A stretch of DNA of 64,000 bases from Mobula hypostoma (lineage: Eukaryota). Positions 25,081 to 39,192 of this stretch are shown piece after piece; positions within the stretch are counted from its first letter, which is position 1; each line of letters opens with the position of its first letter. Both the position numbers and the translations under genes were made by a program. The notes below the pieces were generated by a model that did no database searches, was not told where the DNA came from, and worked only from the letters and a program-made list of their open reading frames with translations. Where the stretch lies: positions 247,878,001 to 247,942,000 of the forward strand of contig NC_086097.1 of the NCBI RefSeq assembly GCF_963921235.1, read 5' to 3'.

Positions 25081-26034
25081 TTTTTAAAAAAAAATGTTGG
25101 TTAAGCACATGGATATTAAACCTTTATTTATTGAGATACAGTGGGAAGTAGGCCCCTCGAGCCACGCCGCCCAGCAACCCGCGATTCAACCCTAGCTTAA
25201 TCACGGGACGATTTACAATGAACATTTAACTTACCAACAGGTACGCCTTTGGCTGTGTGAGCCCCTGGAGGAGACCTATTCAGTCAGAAAGCTTTGGGCT
25301 AGATGTTGGCAAAGGGCACTAGCTGGGATAGGGTAACCTACCAACAGGTACGCCTTTGGGCTGTGTGAACCCCTGGAGGGACTATGCAGTGAGAAAGCTT
25401 TGGGCCAGATGTTGGTGAAGGGCACTAGCTGGGATGGGGTATCATGGCTGGGATGTTTCAGGTGGGCTGAAGAGTCTCACTCCGTGTTGTATGACAAGCA
25501 CCTGGAAAGTTGCACCTTAAAAACAAGATTGTAACCTTGTTTGTCCAAAAGAGATGCACAAAGTGCTAAACAGCAGCAGACATTGAGTATCTGGGATGAA
25601 CCTGATGTGCATTTGACAGTTCTGTCTTTATAAAATGAAAGTGTTAATCAGATTGGCACCTGTGATCCATTACAATAACATATTAACAACTGGTAATACA
25701 ATGACCATGGAGGTTACACGTGATTACAAGGGGTATAAGGCACAGTGACAGCCCAACCAAGCAAAGTCAACATTTGGGTTTCATTTGAACCTTTTACATC
25801 CTTGCTGAAGTCCAGAACAGCCCAATTCCCTGATCTGATTTCCCTCAGAAACCGTAAGGCACAGGAGCAGAATTAGGCCATTTGACCCATCGATTCTGCT
25901 TTACCATTCTATCGTGGCTGGTTTTTCATAATCAGGTTTCATATCACCGGGATATGTCGTGAAGTTTGTTAACTTTATGGCAGCAGTACATTGCAATACA
26001 TGATAAATATAGAACGGGAAAAACTGAGTTACAT

Positions 26035-26068
26035 TGTGTGTGTGTGTATATATATATATGTGTGTGTG

Positions 26069-26128
<60 letters not shown>

Positions 26129-26129
26129 C

Positions 26130-26181
<52 letters not shown>

Positions 26182-26185
26182 GTAT
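26035..26185. repeat. Compound (TG)n/(TA)n/(TATG)n microsatellite
   Basis: Directly visible in the sequence. Confidence 0.98.
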
Positions 26186-26189
26186 CTTG

Positions 26190-27318
26190 TGTGTTAGCAA
26201 GCTTCTCCACAATGAGACTGAAGACAGCAGAGGTGTGGCAGTGGACGTCAGATTAGATGGCAGCCCCTTTGACATCAGGAGGCTCCATGCAACCACCAAA
26301 CTCTGTAGAGAGCGGGTCCTGGAGCTGCAGTATGCAGACGACTGTGCTCTTGTGGCCCATACTCTGGAATATCTTCAGACTGTCCTTGCTGTGGCAGTAG
26401 GAGCGTACAGCAGGATGGGGCTGACTGTCAATACCACCAAGACAGAAGTGGTTTGCCAATGGAGTACCAGTGTCCCACCCACTCTACCTGCCTTCCCTGT
26501 TGGTGATGAAAAGCTGTCAGTAGTGCCATCTTTCAAATATCTGGGGAGCATTCTCTCTGAGGATAGCGGCATTGACAACAACATCCAGAGCCGCATTAAA
26601 CAGGCATCAGCTGCCTTTGGGAGACTTCGGCGTAGAGTCTTTCAGAACAGGAGCCTTTACCCTCCACAAAGGTCGCCGTATACCAAGCGGTCTGTGTCAC
26701 CACCCTCCTTTATAGCTGTGAAGCTTGGGTAACCTACAGCCGTCACATCAAGTCCTTGGAACGCTTCCACATAAGCTGCCTCCAGCGCATCCTGGGAATT
26801 ACCTGGTGTGAGCGGGTGCCTCACACGGAAATACTGGTAAAGACCAACTGCAGGGAGTATTGAGGCCATGATCATGCAGCGTCAGCTGCAGTGGCTGGGG
26901 CACGTGATAAGGATGCCCCCATGTCGGCTACCCCGCAGAGTGTTATACGGCCAACTACATCATGGTCAACGCTCAGCTGGAGGGCCGAAGACGCGCTATA
27001 AGGATCAGATGAAGAATGCTTTAAGGAAGTACAAAATCAGACCTGAGGACCTGGAGGATGTTGCTGTTGACCGTACCACTTGGCGAGAGCTGTGTAGGGA
27101 CGGGGTTCGTGTTCTCAAGATGGAAAGAACAACCAGAAGACAGCAGAAGAGAGCCAGGAGAAGTGCAGCCATGGTTGCCACCACTACCACGTATACATGT
27201 CCCACCTGCAATAGAGCTTGTGGGTCCGGGATAGGACAGTATAGTCATCAAAGATCTCACCGTTAGAGGAGTGAACGTCGTCATCGGATTTCGATGGACA
27301 ACCGAAGAAGGAAGAAGA
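26190..27318 (+). mobile_element. 5'-truncated RTE-clade LINE
   Basis: LQYADD, FKYLGS, WLGHVIRM motifs, C-terminal CPTC..H..SH zinc finger, (GAA)n tail; frameshifted. Confidence 0.9.
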
Positions 27319-27649
27319 ATATATATATAAAATAATTAAATTAAAACAAGTAGTGCAAAATAACAAATAAATAAAAGTAGTGAGGTAGTGTTCATGTATT
27401 CAATGTCCATTTAAGAATCATATGGCAGAGGGGAAGAAGCTGTTCCTGAATTGCTGAGTGTGTGTCTTCAGGCTTCTGTACCTCCTTCCTGATGGTAACA
27501 ATGAGAAGAGGTCATGTCCTGGGTGGTGGGGATCCCTAATGATGGATGCTGCCGTCCTAAGGCATCGCTCCGTGAAGATGCCTTGGATGCTGCAGAGGCT
27601 GGTACCCATGATGGAGCTGGCTAATTTTACAACTCTCTGCATTATCCTT

Positions 27650-28420
27650 TTCAATCCAATTCTCCTTTGATGCCCATACTAATCAAGAAACTATCAACTT
27701 GTGCTTTAAATATACCCAATTACTTGCATGCAAAGCTCTCTTTGTCAATGAATTCCACAGATTCGACACCCTCTGGCAAAAGAAATTCATCCTCATCTCT
27801 GTTCTAAAGAAACACCCTTCTGTTCCAAGGCTGTGCCCTCTGGTCCTAGACTCCCCTACTATAGGAAACATCCCTTTCACGTCCACTCTATCTAGGCCTT
27901 TCAATATTTGATAGGCTTCAATGAGATCCCCCCTCCCGACATTCTTCTAAACTCCAGCAAGTACGGGCCCAGAGTCATTAAAATGTTAACTCTTTCATAC
28001 TTGTGATCATTGCCATGAACTTCCTCTGGATCCTTTCCAAGGTCAGCACATCTTTTCTTACATAGGGTACGCAAAACTAAGCACGATATTCCAAGTGTAG
28101 TTTGACCAATTCCTTATACACCCTAGCAGTACATCCTTGCTCATTGTCCCCTCAGAATGAATCCTAACATTGCATTTGCCTTCCTTACCTCCAACTCAAT
28201 CTACCATTTAACCTTCGGGGAACCCTGCACAAAGTCCCTTTGCACCTCTTTTTTTTGAATTTTCTCCCTGTTTGGAAAATAATCTGTCTTTATTCCTTCC
28301 ACCACAGTGCACGACTAAGCACTTTACAATGCAGTGTTACATCTGCCATTTCTTTGCCCATTCTCCAAATCTGTCTCGGTCCTTATATAGACTCCCTGCT
28401 TTCTCAGTGCTACTAGCGCC
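27650..28420 (-). mobile_element. Decayed CR1 3' fragment
   Basis: KGLDRVDV..SRTRGHSL..NLWNSL motifs. Confidence 0.8.
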
Positions 28421-29384
28421 TTCATGTTGTTTAGGTGGTTACAGGCCAAATTCTGGAAGAGGGGATAAGTGTGCATGGGGCATCTTGATTGTCATGGACT
28501 CATTGGACTGAGGGACCTACATATCAGACATTGACCATGGCTTTACAAATATGTCAGAGTATCAGCTGACCAGTTTAAGATCCCTTGGTGTGTACTTTTA
28601 AAGATGAGGATTAAAAATTAGTTTTGTTTGCCACACATGTACACTGAAGCAGAGGAATGCCTTATTTGTGTCAGTGAGCAACGTGGGCCAAGGATGTGCT
28701 GGGGGCAGCCCGCAAGTGTCAGGCTTCCAGCACCAACAACCTACTAACCCTTGTCCATACGTCTTCGGGACGTGGGAGGATACCAGAGCACTCAGAGGAA
28801 ACCCGCGTGGTCATCGAGAGAAAGTACAAACCCATAACAGACAGCGGCAGGATTTGAACCGTGGTCGCTGGCACTGTGAAGCGTTGTGCTAACCGCTATG
28901 TTATTGTGCTGCCCCCAACATGGTGTTCTGTGCTCCTTTTTGTAGTTGCAGAGTTTTTACCCATCTTGCTTTGTTCTAGTCACATACTGATGGAAGTAGG
29001 CCTGTGATTTCCATCCTCCATTTGGCTGATCTCTCTCTCTCTCTCACCCCCTTGCTCGCTGCAGCCAGAGAAAGCTCTCTGCGTTTGACCGGTCTCTCTC
29101 TTACTGCAGCCGGAGGATGGTGCCGGAGTCTTGGGTCTTGGGCAAGGTTTAGTCGACGCAGTTTGTGGATTGGACACTGCAGCCCATGTTATTTGTGTTT
29201 CTGGTTACCCCTTACTTAATTGCTATTTAGTGCAGTTTTGCTCGGGGCGGACTAGCTGTGTGGCCTACAGTCAGTGAATGACACAGTGCTCAATTGAACT
29301 AATCTAAATGTTCTTGGACTGTTTCAATGACGTTGTGGTTTGATGTTTTATATTCTGTGTTTTTTTGTTCATTTTTTGCTGCAC

Positions 29385-30545
29385 TGATAGGAGAATTACT
29401 GTCTGGTAGAAGGCAAACAGTACGGGGACTTTTTTCTGGTTGGCTACCAGTGACTAGTGGTGATCCACAGGGGTTGGTGTTCGGACCACACCTTTTCATG
29501 TTTCCTGTGAATGATTTGGATGATGAAATTGTTGCTAAGTTTGCAAAAGATACAGAGATAGGTTAGGGGGCAGATTTGTGTTGAGGAAGCAAGGAGTCTG
29601 CAAAAGGTCTTGGACCAGCAGTTCCCAACCTGGGGTCCTTGAACCTCTTGCTTCATGGTATTGGTCCATGGCATAAAGAAAGTTTGGAAATCCCTGACCT
29701 AGACAGATTGGGAAAATGGGCAAAGAAGTGGCAGATGGAATATTGTGTTGGGAAGTGTATAGCCATGCACTTTGGTAGAAGGAATAAATGTGTAGACTAT
29801 TTTCTAAATGGGGAGAAACTTCAAAAATCACAGGTGCAAAGGTACTTGTGAGTCCTTGTGCAGGATTCCCTAAGGGTTAACTTGCAGGTTGAGTCCGTGG
29901 TAAGGAAGGCAAATGCAATTTTAGCATTCATTTCAAGAGGACTAGAATATAAAAGCAAGGATGTAATGTTGAGGTTTTGGTCAGACTACAGTTGGAATAT
30001 TGTGAACAGTTTTGGGCTCCTTATCTAAGACAAGATGTGCTGGCATGAGGAAGGTTCAGAGGAGGTTCATGAGAATGATTATGGGAATGAAAGGATTAAC
30101 ATATGATGAGTGTTTGGCTCTGGGCCTGTTCTCTCTGGAGTTTAGAAGAATGAAAGGGGATCTTATTAAACCTCTTAAATATTGAAAGGTCTAGATAGAG
30201 TGGTTGTAGGGAAGATGTCTCCTATAATGGGGGGATCTCGGACCAGAGGACAAAGCCTCAGAACAGGGGCATGTCCATTTGGAATGGAGATGAGGAGGAA
30301 TTTCTTTTGCCAGAGGGTAGTGAATCTGTGGAACTCATTGCCACAGACAGCTATGGAGGCTAAGTCATTGGGTATATTTCAACCAGAGCTTGATAGGTTT
30401 TTATTTAATCAGGGTGTCAAAGGTTACTGGAAGAAGGCAGGAGAATGGATTTGAGAGGGAAAATGGATCAGCCATGATGGACTGGTGGAGTAGACTTGAT
30501 TGACAGAATGGTCTAATTCTGCTTCTATGTCTTATGGTCTTATTT
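29385..30545 (+). mobile_element. Decayed CR1 containing an ~80-bp hAT MITE (29617-29696)
   Basis: RT motifs; the MITE is flanked by a decayed 8-bp TSD (tcttggac/acctagac). Confidence 0.8.
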
Positions 30546-31744
30546 GAGGTATTTAGAGAATGCCTGTGCTATTCCACAAATGAATGGTCTTGGGTTGAAA
30601 TATCGACTGTTCATTCCTCTCTAGTGATGCTGCCTGACTTGCTGAGTCTCCAGCATTTCAAACAGGAGAAAATCTTCAGACACTGGAGGTCCGAGCAACA
30701 CACAAAAAATGCTGGAGGAACTCAGCAGCCCAGGCAGCATCCATGGAAAAGAGTACAGTCGACGTTTCAGGCCGGTGTTGTGTATGTTGTTCTCTCCAGC
30801 ATTTGGTGTATATGTTGTTGAAGATTAACAGCATCTACAGAATCGTATGTTTAAAGAAGGGATGACGTGGTTTGTTAGTATTTAGTGGCCTGGTATAATT
30901 AAGTTTATTGTTCACTGAAAACAGAAGGATATTACAATTATTTTCATACACAATTTTATACTGAAGGTCTGCATCAACCAAATATTTACCGTATTATTTC
31001 ATGCTGACATCAGTGTTGGTGACCTTGTTCTAAGGTGCATAAAAAGCCCTTTTCCATGTGTCACAACTGTGAGCTACTGACTTGTTGAGTTCCTTGTGAG
31101 ACACTGGGCGGGATGATGGCAGAGTAGCCAGAGCTGGAGTTTCTGGGAGCAGTTCGGAAGTTGTGGGATAGATTCATCCTAAAGAAGATGTATTCTAAAG
31201 GCAGGATGACACAACTGTGGCTGACAAGGGAAGCCAAAGCCAGCATAAAAACCAAAGAAAGGGCCTGTAATAGAGCAGAAATTAGAGGGAAGTTCGAGGA
31301 TTGGGAAGCTTTAAAAAACAGAGGGCAACTAAGAAAGTCATAAAAAAGGAAAAGATGGAATATGGAAGGTAAGATAGCCAATTATACTAAAACGGATACC
31401 AAAAGTTTCTTCAGACATATAAGGAGTAAAAGACAGACAAGTCCTGGTTATGCGGCCACTGACGCCAGGCAGACAGTCTCTGAAGCGGATTGATAATGGC
31501 TGGGGTCAACCATCTTGTAAAGATGGTTGCCCGGAAGAAGGCAATGGCAAACCACCGCTTCTGTAGAAAAAATTTCCAAGAACAGTCATGGTCACAGAAA
31601 GACCATGATCACCTACATCATACGACATGGCAGTTAATGAATGAAGAAACATTGAAACATGGCCACATACAGTGAAATGCATTGTTTGTGAGGAAACCTG
31701 CAAGTGTTGCCATGCTTCCAGTGCCAGCAAAGTGTTGCTAACTG

Positions 31745-32025
31745 GATATTTTTTGTTTTTCATACCATTCTCTGTAAACTCTAGAGACTGTTGTGTGTGG
31801 AAATTACAGGAGATCAGCAGTTTCTGAGATACTCAAACCACCCTGTCTGGCACCAACCATCATTCCATGGTCAAAGTCACTTAGATCACATTTCTTCCCC
31901 ATTATTGAGCTGAATCTCTTGACCATGTCTACATGCTTTTGTGCATCGAGTTTCTGCCTCATGATTGGCTGATGAGATATTTGCATTTATGAGCAGGTGT
32001 ATCCAATAAAGTAGCAACTGAATGT
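31745..32025 (-). mobile_element. Tc1-like element, left part
   Basis: MGKKCDLSDFDHGMMVGARQGGLSISETADLL in ORF 31804-31986; TIR near 32005-32025. Confidence 0.8.
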
Positions 32026-32103
32026 ATTATATTGAAAAATCCTATTTTGAAGTAGTTTGTATGATATGTAATGCATTAATTCTGCTCTGCTTGTCTTTTA
32101 CAG

Positions 32104-32142
32104 GAAGCTCAAAACTATGAGGAGTCCACAGATGAATCAGAG
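32104..32142 (+). CDS. VPS41: VPS41 coding exon 2, 39 nt (EAQNYEESTDESE)
   Basis: Polypyrimidine tract ttctgctctgcttgtcttttacag, phase 0-0, donor GAG|gtaaat; EESTDESE motif typical of the VPS41 N-terminus. Confidence 0.88.
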
Positions 32143-33876
32143 GTAAATTAAACCCAGCAATTATCTGTTATTTCATCCCTACAATAATGGAACAGCAGAT
32201 TTACACTCGCGTCTTGTGAGGAGTTGTTTTAATTGCAAACTGAGGCTTTATAAGGCATAGGTCAGGCTGCATTTGGAATATTCTGAGCAATTTTGGGCCA
32301 CAAATTGCCTAGTTCAGCTCCTGTGTCTCATGGTATCATGTTGAAATACAATACTGTGTCTAGAGAATCCACAAGAGGTTCATGAGGATGATTCCGGGAA
32401 TGAAGGAGTTAACATATGAGGAGTGTTTGGCAGATTTGGGCCTGTACTCACTGGAATTTAGAAGAATGCATGGAGATCTCATTGAAACTTACTGAATGTT
32501 GGAAGGACTAGATAAGGTGTATGTGGAGAGGATGTTTCCTATGGTGGGGGTATCCAGAACTAAAAGGCACAGCCTCAAAATAGAGGAGCGACCTTATAGA
32601 ATAAGTAAGGAGGATTTTTTTTTTTAGCCAAAGAGTGGTAAATCTGTGGAATGCTCTGCCACAGACTGCAGTGGAAGCCAAGTCTGTGGGTCTATTTAAA
32701 GCAGAAGTTGATAGATTCCTGATTGGTCGGGGCATCAAAGGATATGGTGAGAGGGCAGGTGTATGCGGTTAAGTGGGATCTAGCTATGATGAAGTGGTGG
32801 AGTGGGCTTAATGGGCTGAATGGCCTAATTCTGCCCCTATGTCTGATGGTTTTATGGTCTTAATTTAAATCCTGGTTCACAAAAACACCGAAAGGTTTCC
32901 TAGAATTGAATACATAACTCCTGAAGAGCCTGGGACAGTGGCAACTTTTACACTACCCCCACTGGCACTTGCAAAGGTTTCAGAAATTCAGTGAGCATAA
33001 TGGTGGGTGTTATAGGATGGGGAAGAAAATGTGGTGGGAGAAATTGGGATGAGGGAGGAATTGGAGAGAGTCTGATCAAGGCTAGGAGGTGAAGAGAGCA
33101 GTGGGGATTGTGTCTTAGGTCTTGCAGAATGTAGGAGGCTGAAGGTATTCGCTGGATGAACCTGAGGTATGTGGCCTACAGGTTAGAACATAGAACTGTA
33201 CAGCAGAGGGCAGGCCCTTTGGCCTACAATGTTGTGCTGAAGCAAATAAACTAGGAATCAAGTGGCCAACCAAACTAATCCCTTACACCTACACAATCCT
33301 TCCATTTTCCTCACATTCATGTGTCTATCTAAATGTCTCTTAAAAGTCCCTGAAGTATCTGCCTCTCCCACCACTCCCAGCAGTACATTCCAGGCACCCG
33401 CCACTCTCTGTGTAATAAAAAAAAACAAACAAAAACTTGCCCCTCACTTATCCTTGAAATTACCCCCTCTCACCTTAAATGCATGCCATCTGGTATTAGA
33501 CATTTCAACCCTGGGAAAAGGATACTTCCTGTCTACTCTGTCTGTGCCTCTCATTATTTTAAACCTCTATCAGATTTTCCCTCAGCCTCCGCCACTCTAG
33601 AGAAAACAACCTAAGTTGTCCAAACTCTTGTAATAGCACATGGCCTGTAATCCAGGCAGCTTCCTGGTAAACCTCTTCTGCACCCTCTCCAAAGCCTCAA
33701 CGTCCTTATAATGAGGTGACCAGAACTGTATACAGTACTCCAGATGCGGCCTAACTAGAGTTTTATAAAGCTGCAACATAACTTACTGACCTTTGAACTC
33801 ATTGCCTTGACTAATAAGGGCAAGCACATCACAAGCCTTGTTAACCACTCGATTAACCTGTGTAGTTACTTTCAGG

Positions 33877-34541
33877 GAGATTTCACAAATGACCTGACTT
33901 GGTCCAACCAAGCAGAGTTCACAGCCAAGAAGGCCCAACAGCGCCTTCACTTCCTGAGAAAACTAAAGAAATTTGGCCTGTCCCCTAAAACCCACTAATT
34001 TTTATAGATGCACCGTAGAAAGCATTCTTTTAGGGTGCATCACAACCTGGTATGGAAGTTGTCCTGTCCAAGAATGGAAGAAGCTGCAGAAGATCGTGAA
34101 CACCGCGCAGCACATCACACAAACCAATCTTCCGTCCTTGGACTCACTTTACACCGCACACTGTCGGAGCAGTGCTGCCAGGATAATCAGGGACACGGCC
34201 CACCCAGTCAACACACTTTTCGTCCCTCTTCCCTCCGGGAGAAGGCTCAGGAGCTTGAAGACTCGTATGGCCAGATTTGGGAACAGCTTCTTTCCAACTG
34301 TGATAAGACTGCTGAACGGATCCTGACCCGGATCTGGGCCGTACCCTCCAAATATCCGGACCTGCCTCTCGGTTTTTTTGCACTACCTTACTTTCCCTTT
34401 TCTATTTTCTATTTATGATTTATAATTTAATTTTTTAATATTTACTATCGATTTGTACTCCAGGGAGCAGGAAGCGCAGAATCAAATATCGCTGTGATGA
34501 TTGTATGTTCTAGTATCCAATGTTTGGCGACTATAAAGTAC
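33877..34541 (+). mobile_element. Young Rex1-like LINE 3' fragment inserted in a minus-strand CR1 (33185-34720)
   Basis: NFYRCTVESIL..LPSGRRLRSL motifs; near-identical to 58598-59585. Confidence 0.88.
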
Positions 34542-36294
34542 TTGAACTTGGACCCCAAGATCCCTCTGCACATGAACACTGTTAAGGCCTTATCCTTAAC
34601 AGGATACCGTTTCTTTACTTTTGAGCTACCATCACCATCTGGTAAGGAGATGGAGTTCACATTTAGCCAGGTTAAACTCCATCTGCGATTTCTTTGCCCA
34701 TATCTCCAACAACCTATAGGACATTTCATTGTATATGACTGAGATCGAGAGCAGGTTATTCATTAAAGGGGAGCTGCCTGAAGACCTCTCTTTGGTATCA
34801 TTGACTCAGCATTACATACTTGTTATAGTGTGGACAAGGTCCTTACAGTCCTTTGAGCCACGTCACCCAGAAACACTTGCTTAATCACGGCAACCGTGGG
34901 ACAATTTACAACGTCCATTTAACCTACCAACCAGGACATCTTTGGAATGTGGGAGGAAACCAGAACATCTCAAGGAAACCAGTACGGTCACGGGGTATAT
35001 GTACAAACTCCTTACAGGCAGTGACGGGAATTGAACCTGGGTTGCCTGTACTAGAAAGCGTTATTCTAACCACTATGCTACCATGGAACCCAATATTTAT
35101 TGTCTAGTCCTCTCAAAATGAGTTCTAACATTGCATTTACCTCCCTTCTCACACTACTCAATCAGAAAGTTAACCTTCAGAGAATTCTGTACAAAGAATC
35201 CCAAGTCCCTTTACACCTCTGATTTTCATTTAGAAAATAGTCTACACCCTTTTTCCTTCTGCCAAGGTCCATATCCAACATTTCTCTGCACTATATTCCC
35301 TCTGCCACTTTGCTAATTCTCCTAATCTATCTAATCCTTCTGCAGACTCCCAAAATACTCACTAGTATGCTCATAGCATTTCTGAACTCTTTGCAGATGC
35401 CAATGAGGGTAGCGTAAATGCTGCCATTGTCCCAGCTCTTCAGGAGCTCTGTATTCAATTTCAGGAAACCTTTGGATGGTTTTGTGAGCCAGGATTTAAA
35501 TTGTATTTCAACAGTTGTTTGGCAACCTGCTGTTTTCACAAATCTCCCTTGCGAGTTATTGATCGAGGATTTTCAGATTTTAATTAGTATGTGGGTGTAG
35601 GTAAGAGAGTGTAGGGTATTTAATGAGGGACTAAATCATGAAGTGATGGGAAGTTGAGTAGTACTGTTGTTTTTTTTAAAGAAAACTTTCTCCTGGTGTG
35701 CCTAGATCTCTAATTTAGATGCAAATGGATTAAACTGGAAAGACATTGCAACTGTTCAAAGTATTTCATAAATGCCAAAAAAAATGCAGAAAGAATATAT
35801 AAGCCATTCTGTGCAATGAGTAAATCACATAAGAGTAATAACAGGAGATTTCACCTCCTCCCAAATAACTTGCCACGGGAAGAGGGTGTAAATGTAGAAT
35901 GAATGACGTCTTGTGTAAGGGGAAACTTCTTCACTGAGGGTCGCAAGATAGCCCAGCAAAAGTGGTGCATGTGAGCTTGATTTCAATGTTTAAGTGAAGT
36001 TTGGATAGGTACATGGATGGTAGGGGTGTGGAGGATTATGGTCCCGGTGCAGGTTAATGGGAGTAGACAGTTTAAATGGTTCAGTTTGGACTAGATGGGC
36101 TGAAGGGCCTGTTTTTGTGCTGTACTTTTCTGTGACTCAGATTTAAAAGATAGCGTGAGTAATTCCTGTTAACAGGAAATGAGCCAACAGTGTTAAAGAA
36201 CAGAAGATCAAACCAACCAAAGTAAAATCAGCTTTATTACCACTGCCATAGGGCAGCAGTACCGTGCAATACATGAATTACTGTGAGTTACAGT

Positions 36295-36870
36295 CTGAGA
36301 CCCTCGGTTGGTTGGGGTCGACCATGGATGTTGCATCTTTGTTGAAGTCAATTTGCAAACCAGGGCAGTACGATATGGAGAGAAAGCTGTTGCCCATGTA
36401 GCAGGCTCCCCTTCTACAAGGAGCTGACAAATACAAAAGAACGGCAGAGACCGATACATTTTGGCACCACTGGTGCTGCAGGAGTTCAATGCAAGAGCAT
36501 TGAACTCAACATAGGACTGCCTTAGGGACCCCAGCTCTCCATTTTTCCTTTGGGATTTACTCCCGAAGCCTTCCCCATGAGTGGGTGTAGCCGCAACGCA
36601 GCGGAGGTTTGAGAACAGAGTTCTCCTTCTCCTAGATGAGGTGCCAGCCATGGCTGACGAGCCCCACCTGCCTGAAATGACTAGTTTTAAGGTGCCAGTA
36701 ACCCACCTTTGTCCCTTCTCCTGTCAGTACAAATGGTTCCTCCGAGCTGAGTAGCTAAGCCACATGCGAAGGCCAGGAGCTGGACTTGGTTGTCAGAGGC
36801 TATCTGAGACGGAAGCCATTGGGAGCTCATTCCCACTACCACTCTGTACTATGATAACTTTAAGGAACCA
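36295..36870 (-). mobile_element. Non-autonomous RTE-related repeat, copy 2
   Basis: Collinear homology with 13370-13965. Confidence 0.6.
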
Positions 36871-37147
36871 AGTTAAAATACGAATAAGTATTGAGATGGT
36901 GTTCACAAAATAATGGACCATTCAGAAATCTAACGGCTTAGGGGAAGAAGCTGTTCCTGAGATGCTTGGCGTGCACGTTCAGGTTCCTGTACCTCCTCCC
37001 TGATGTTAATAATATGAAGGGGGCATGTCCTGGATGGCTGTTCATGATGGATCCCACCTTCCTGAGCAGCTGACCAATGTTCTGCAGCTTTCTGAAATTG
37101 GGCCCTCCTTACCAGATGGTGATGGGAACAGTCAGAATGATATGGTC

Positions 37148-37556
37148 CTACTACTACTACTACATCGACTCAGCCCTAGGGGGCCGGCGTCGGGCACGAT
37201 GACGGACTCTCCACTTCTCCCTCTCCCCCATCAGTGTGTTCAGTTCATCTACATTAGCCGCACCGCTGTCTTCTAGGAGCGTGTTGACCATAGTCTTGGG
37301 AAGGCGCCCAGGGTTCATCCTCCCGTGCTTGGGCTCCCATATGATGACTAGGCTGGCAGGTAGCTCGGGGTGGCGTAGACAGTGCCCCGCTAGTTGCAGT
37401 CTTCTCGCCTCGATTTTAGTGGTGAGCATCGGTAGGTTGTTATAGAGCTCAACGTTCAACATGTACTGTTGCCAACTCACGTCAAGAGCCATCCGGAGCA
37501 TTCGTGTATAGCAACCATCTAGAGACTTTCACATCATCTTGGTGAGAGTCCACATC
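37148..37556 (-). mobile_element. RTE-group LINE 3' fragment
   Basis: MLRMALDVSW..RRLQLAGHCLRH..GRLPKT; (TAG)n tail. Confidence 0.8.
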
Positions 37557-37896
37557 TCAGTGATATGGTAGATGAGTAGAAATTTGCAGGAGTCTTTGGT
37601 GACATACCAAATCACCTCAAACTCCTAATGAAATATATCTGCTGTCGGTCCTTCTTCATAATTTGATCAACATGATTGACCTTCGGAGATGTTAAAACTG
37701 AGGAACTTGCATCTGCTCACCCTTTCTGTTGCTGACCCCTGGATGAGGACTGCTGTTTGTTCCCTCGATTTCCCCTTCCTGAAGTCCACCATCAATTCCT
37801 TGGTCTATTGATGTTGAGTGCAAGGTTGTTGTTGTGACACTCAACCAGCTGTACCACTTCTCATCGCCATCTATACCCCAAGCTACCTTGAGGATA

Positions 37897-38610
37897 GTAG
37901 TCATAGTCATACTTTATTGATCCTGGGGGAAATTGGTTTTCATTACAGTTGCTCCATAAATAATAAATAGTAATAGAACCATAAATAGTTTGTGATATGT
38001 AAATTATGCCAGTAAATTATGAAATAAGTCCAGGACCAGCCTATTGGCTCAGGGTGTCTGACCCTCCATGGGAGGAGTTGTAAAGTTTGATGGCCATAGG
38101 CAGGAATGACTTCCTATGACGCTCTGTGTTGCATCTCGGTGGAATGAGTCTCTGGCTGAATGTACTCCTGTGCCCACCCAGTACATTATGTAGTGGATGG
38201 GAGATATTGTCCAAGATGGCACTTAGACAGCATCCCCTTTTCAGACACAACCATCAGAGAGTCTAGTTCCATCCCCACAACATCACTGGCCTTACGAATG
38301 AGTTTGTTGATTCTATTGGTGTCTGCTACCCTCAGCCTGCTGCCCCAGCACACAACAGCAAATATGATCGCGCTGGCCACCACAGACTCGTAGAACATCC
38401 TCAGCATTGTCCGGCAGATGTTAAAGGACTTCAGTCTCCTCAGGAGATAGAGATGGCTCTGACCTCTCTTGTAGACAGCCTCAGTGTTCTTTGATCAGTC
38501 CATTTTATTGTCAATTTGTATCCTCAGGTATTTGTAATCCTCCACCATGTCCACACTGACCCCCTGGATGGAAACAGGGGTCACCGGTACCTTAGCCCTC
38601 CTCAGGTCAG
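37897..38610 (-). mobile_element. Rex1-like LINE 3' fragment with an (ACTATG)n tail; sister copy at 52615-53016
   Basis: FYESVVASAI..VVCWG and RKSFLP.AIKLYN motifs. Confidence 0.85.
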
Positions 38611-39192
38611 GATACAGAAGTAGGAAACAAGTGAACTGGTGAAAACTATTAATTTCAGGAAGGTGAGAGCGGAATTGTATACATTTTTGTATTATTCGCT
38701 TCTATAGTAGTGGAGAGTATATTGACTTGGATGCGTCACGCAATGCCCTTGAGTGGAAAATGCTACTAAAAGTAGTGGATATGGCTCAGTCTATCACAGG
38801 TAAAGCCCTCCCCACCATTGAATACATCTACATGAAATGCTGTTGCAGGAAAGCAACATCCATCATCTGGGACCCCCACCACCCTGGACATGCTCTCTTC
38901 TCACTGCTGAAGTGAGAAGTGAGAAGGTACAGGAGCCTCAGGGCTCACACCAGCGGGTTCAGGAATAGTTATTACCCATCAATCATCAGGCTCTTGATCC
39001 ACTCAGCTGCACTTGTTTCATCATTGAAATGTTCCCACGACCACTGGGACACACACAAAATGCTGGGAGGACTGGCGAAGGGTCTCGATCCGAAAACGTC
39101 GACTGTACTTTTTCCATCGATGCTGCCTGCCTTCTTGAGTTCCTCCGGCATTTTGTGTGTGTTGTTTGGATTTCCAGCATCTGCAGATTTTC

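Noticed and set aside
25901..26299. ORFs rich in YI/CV/TH repeats
   Set aside because: Translations of a dinucleotide microsatellite.
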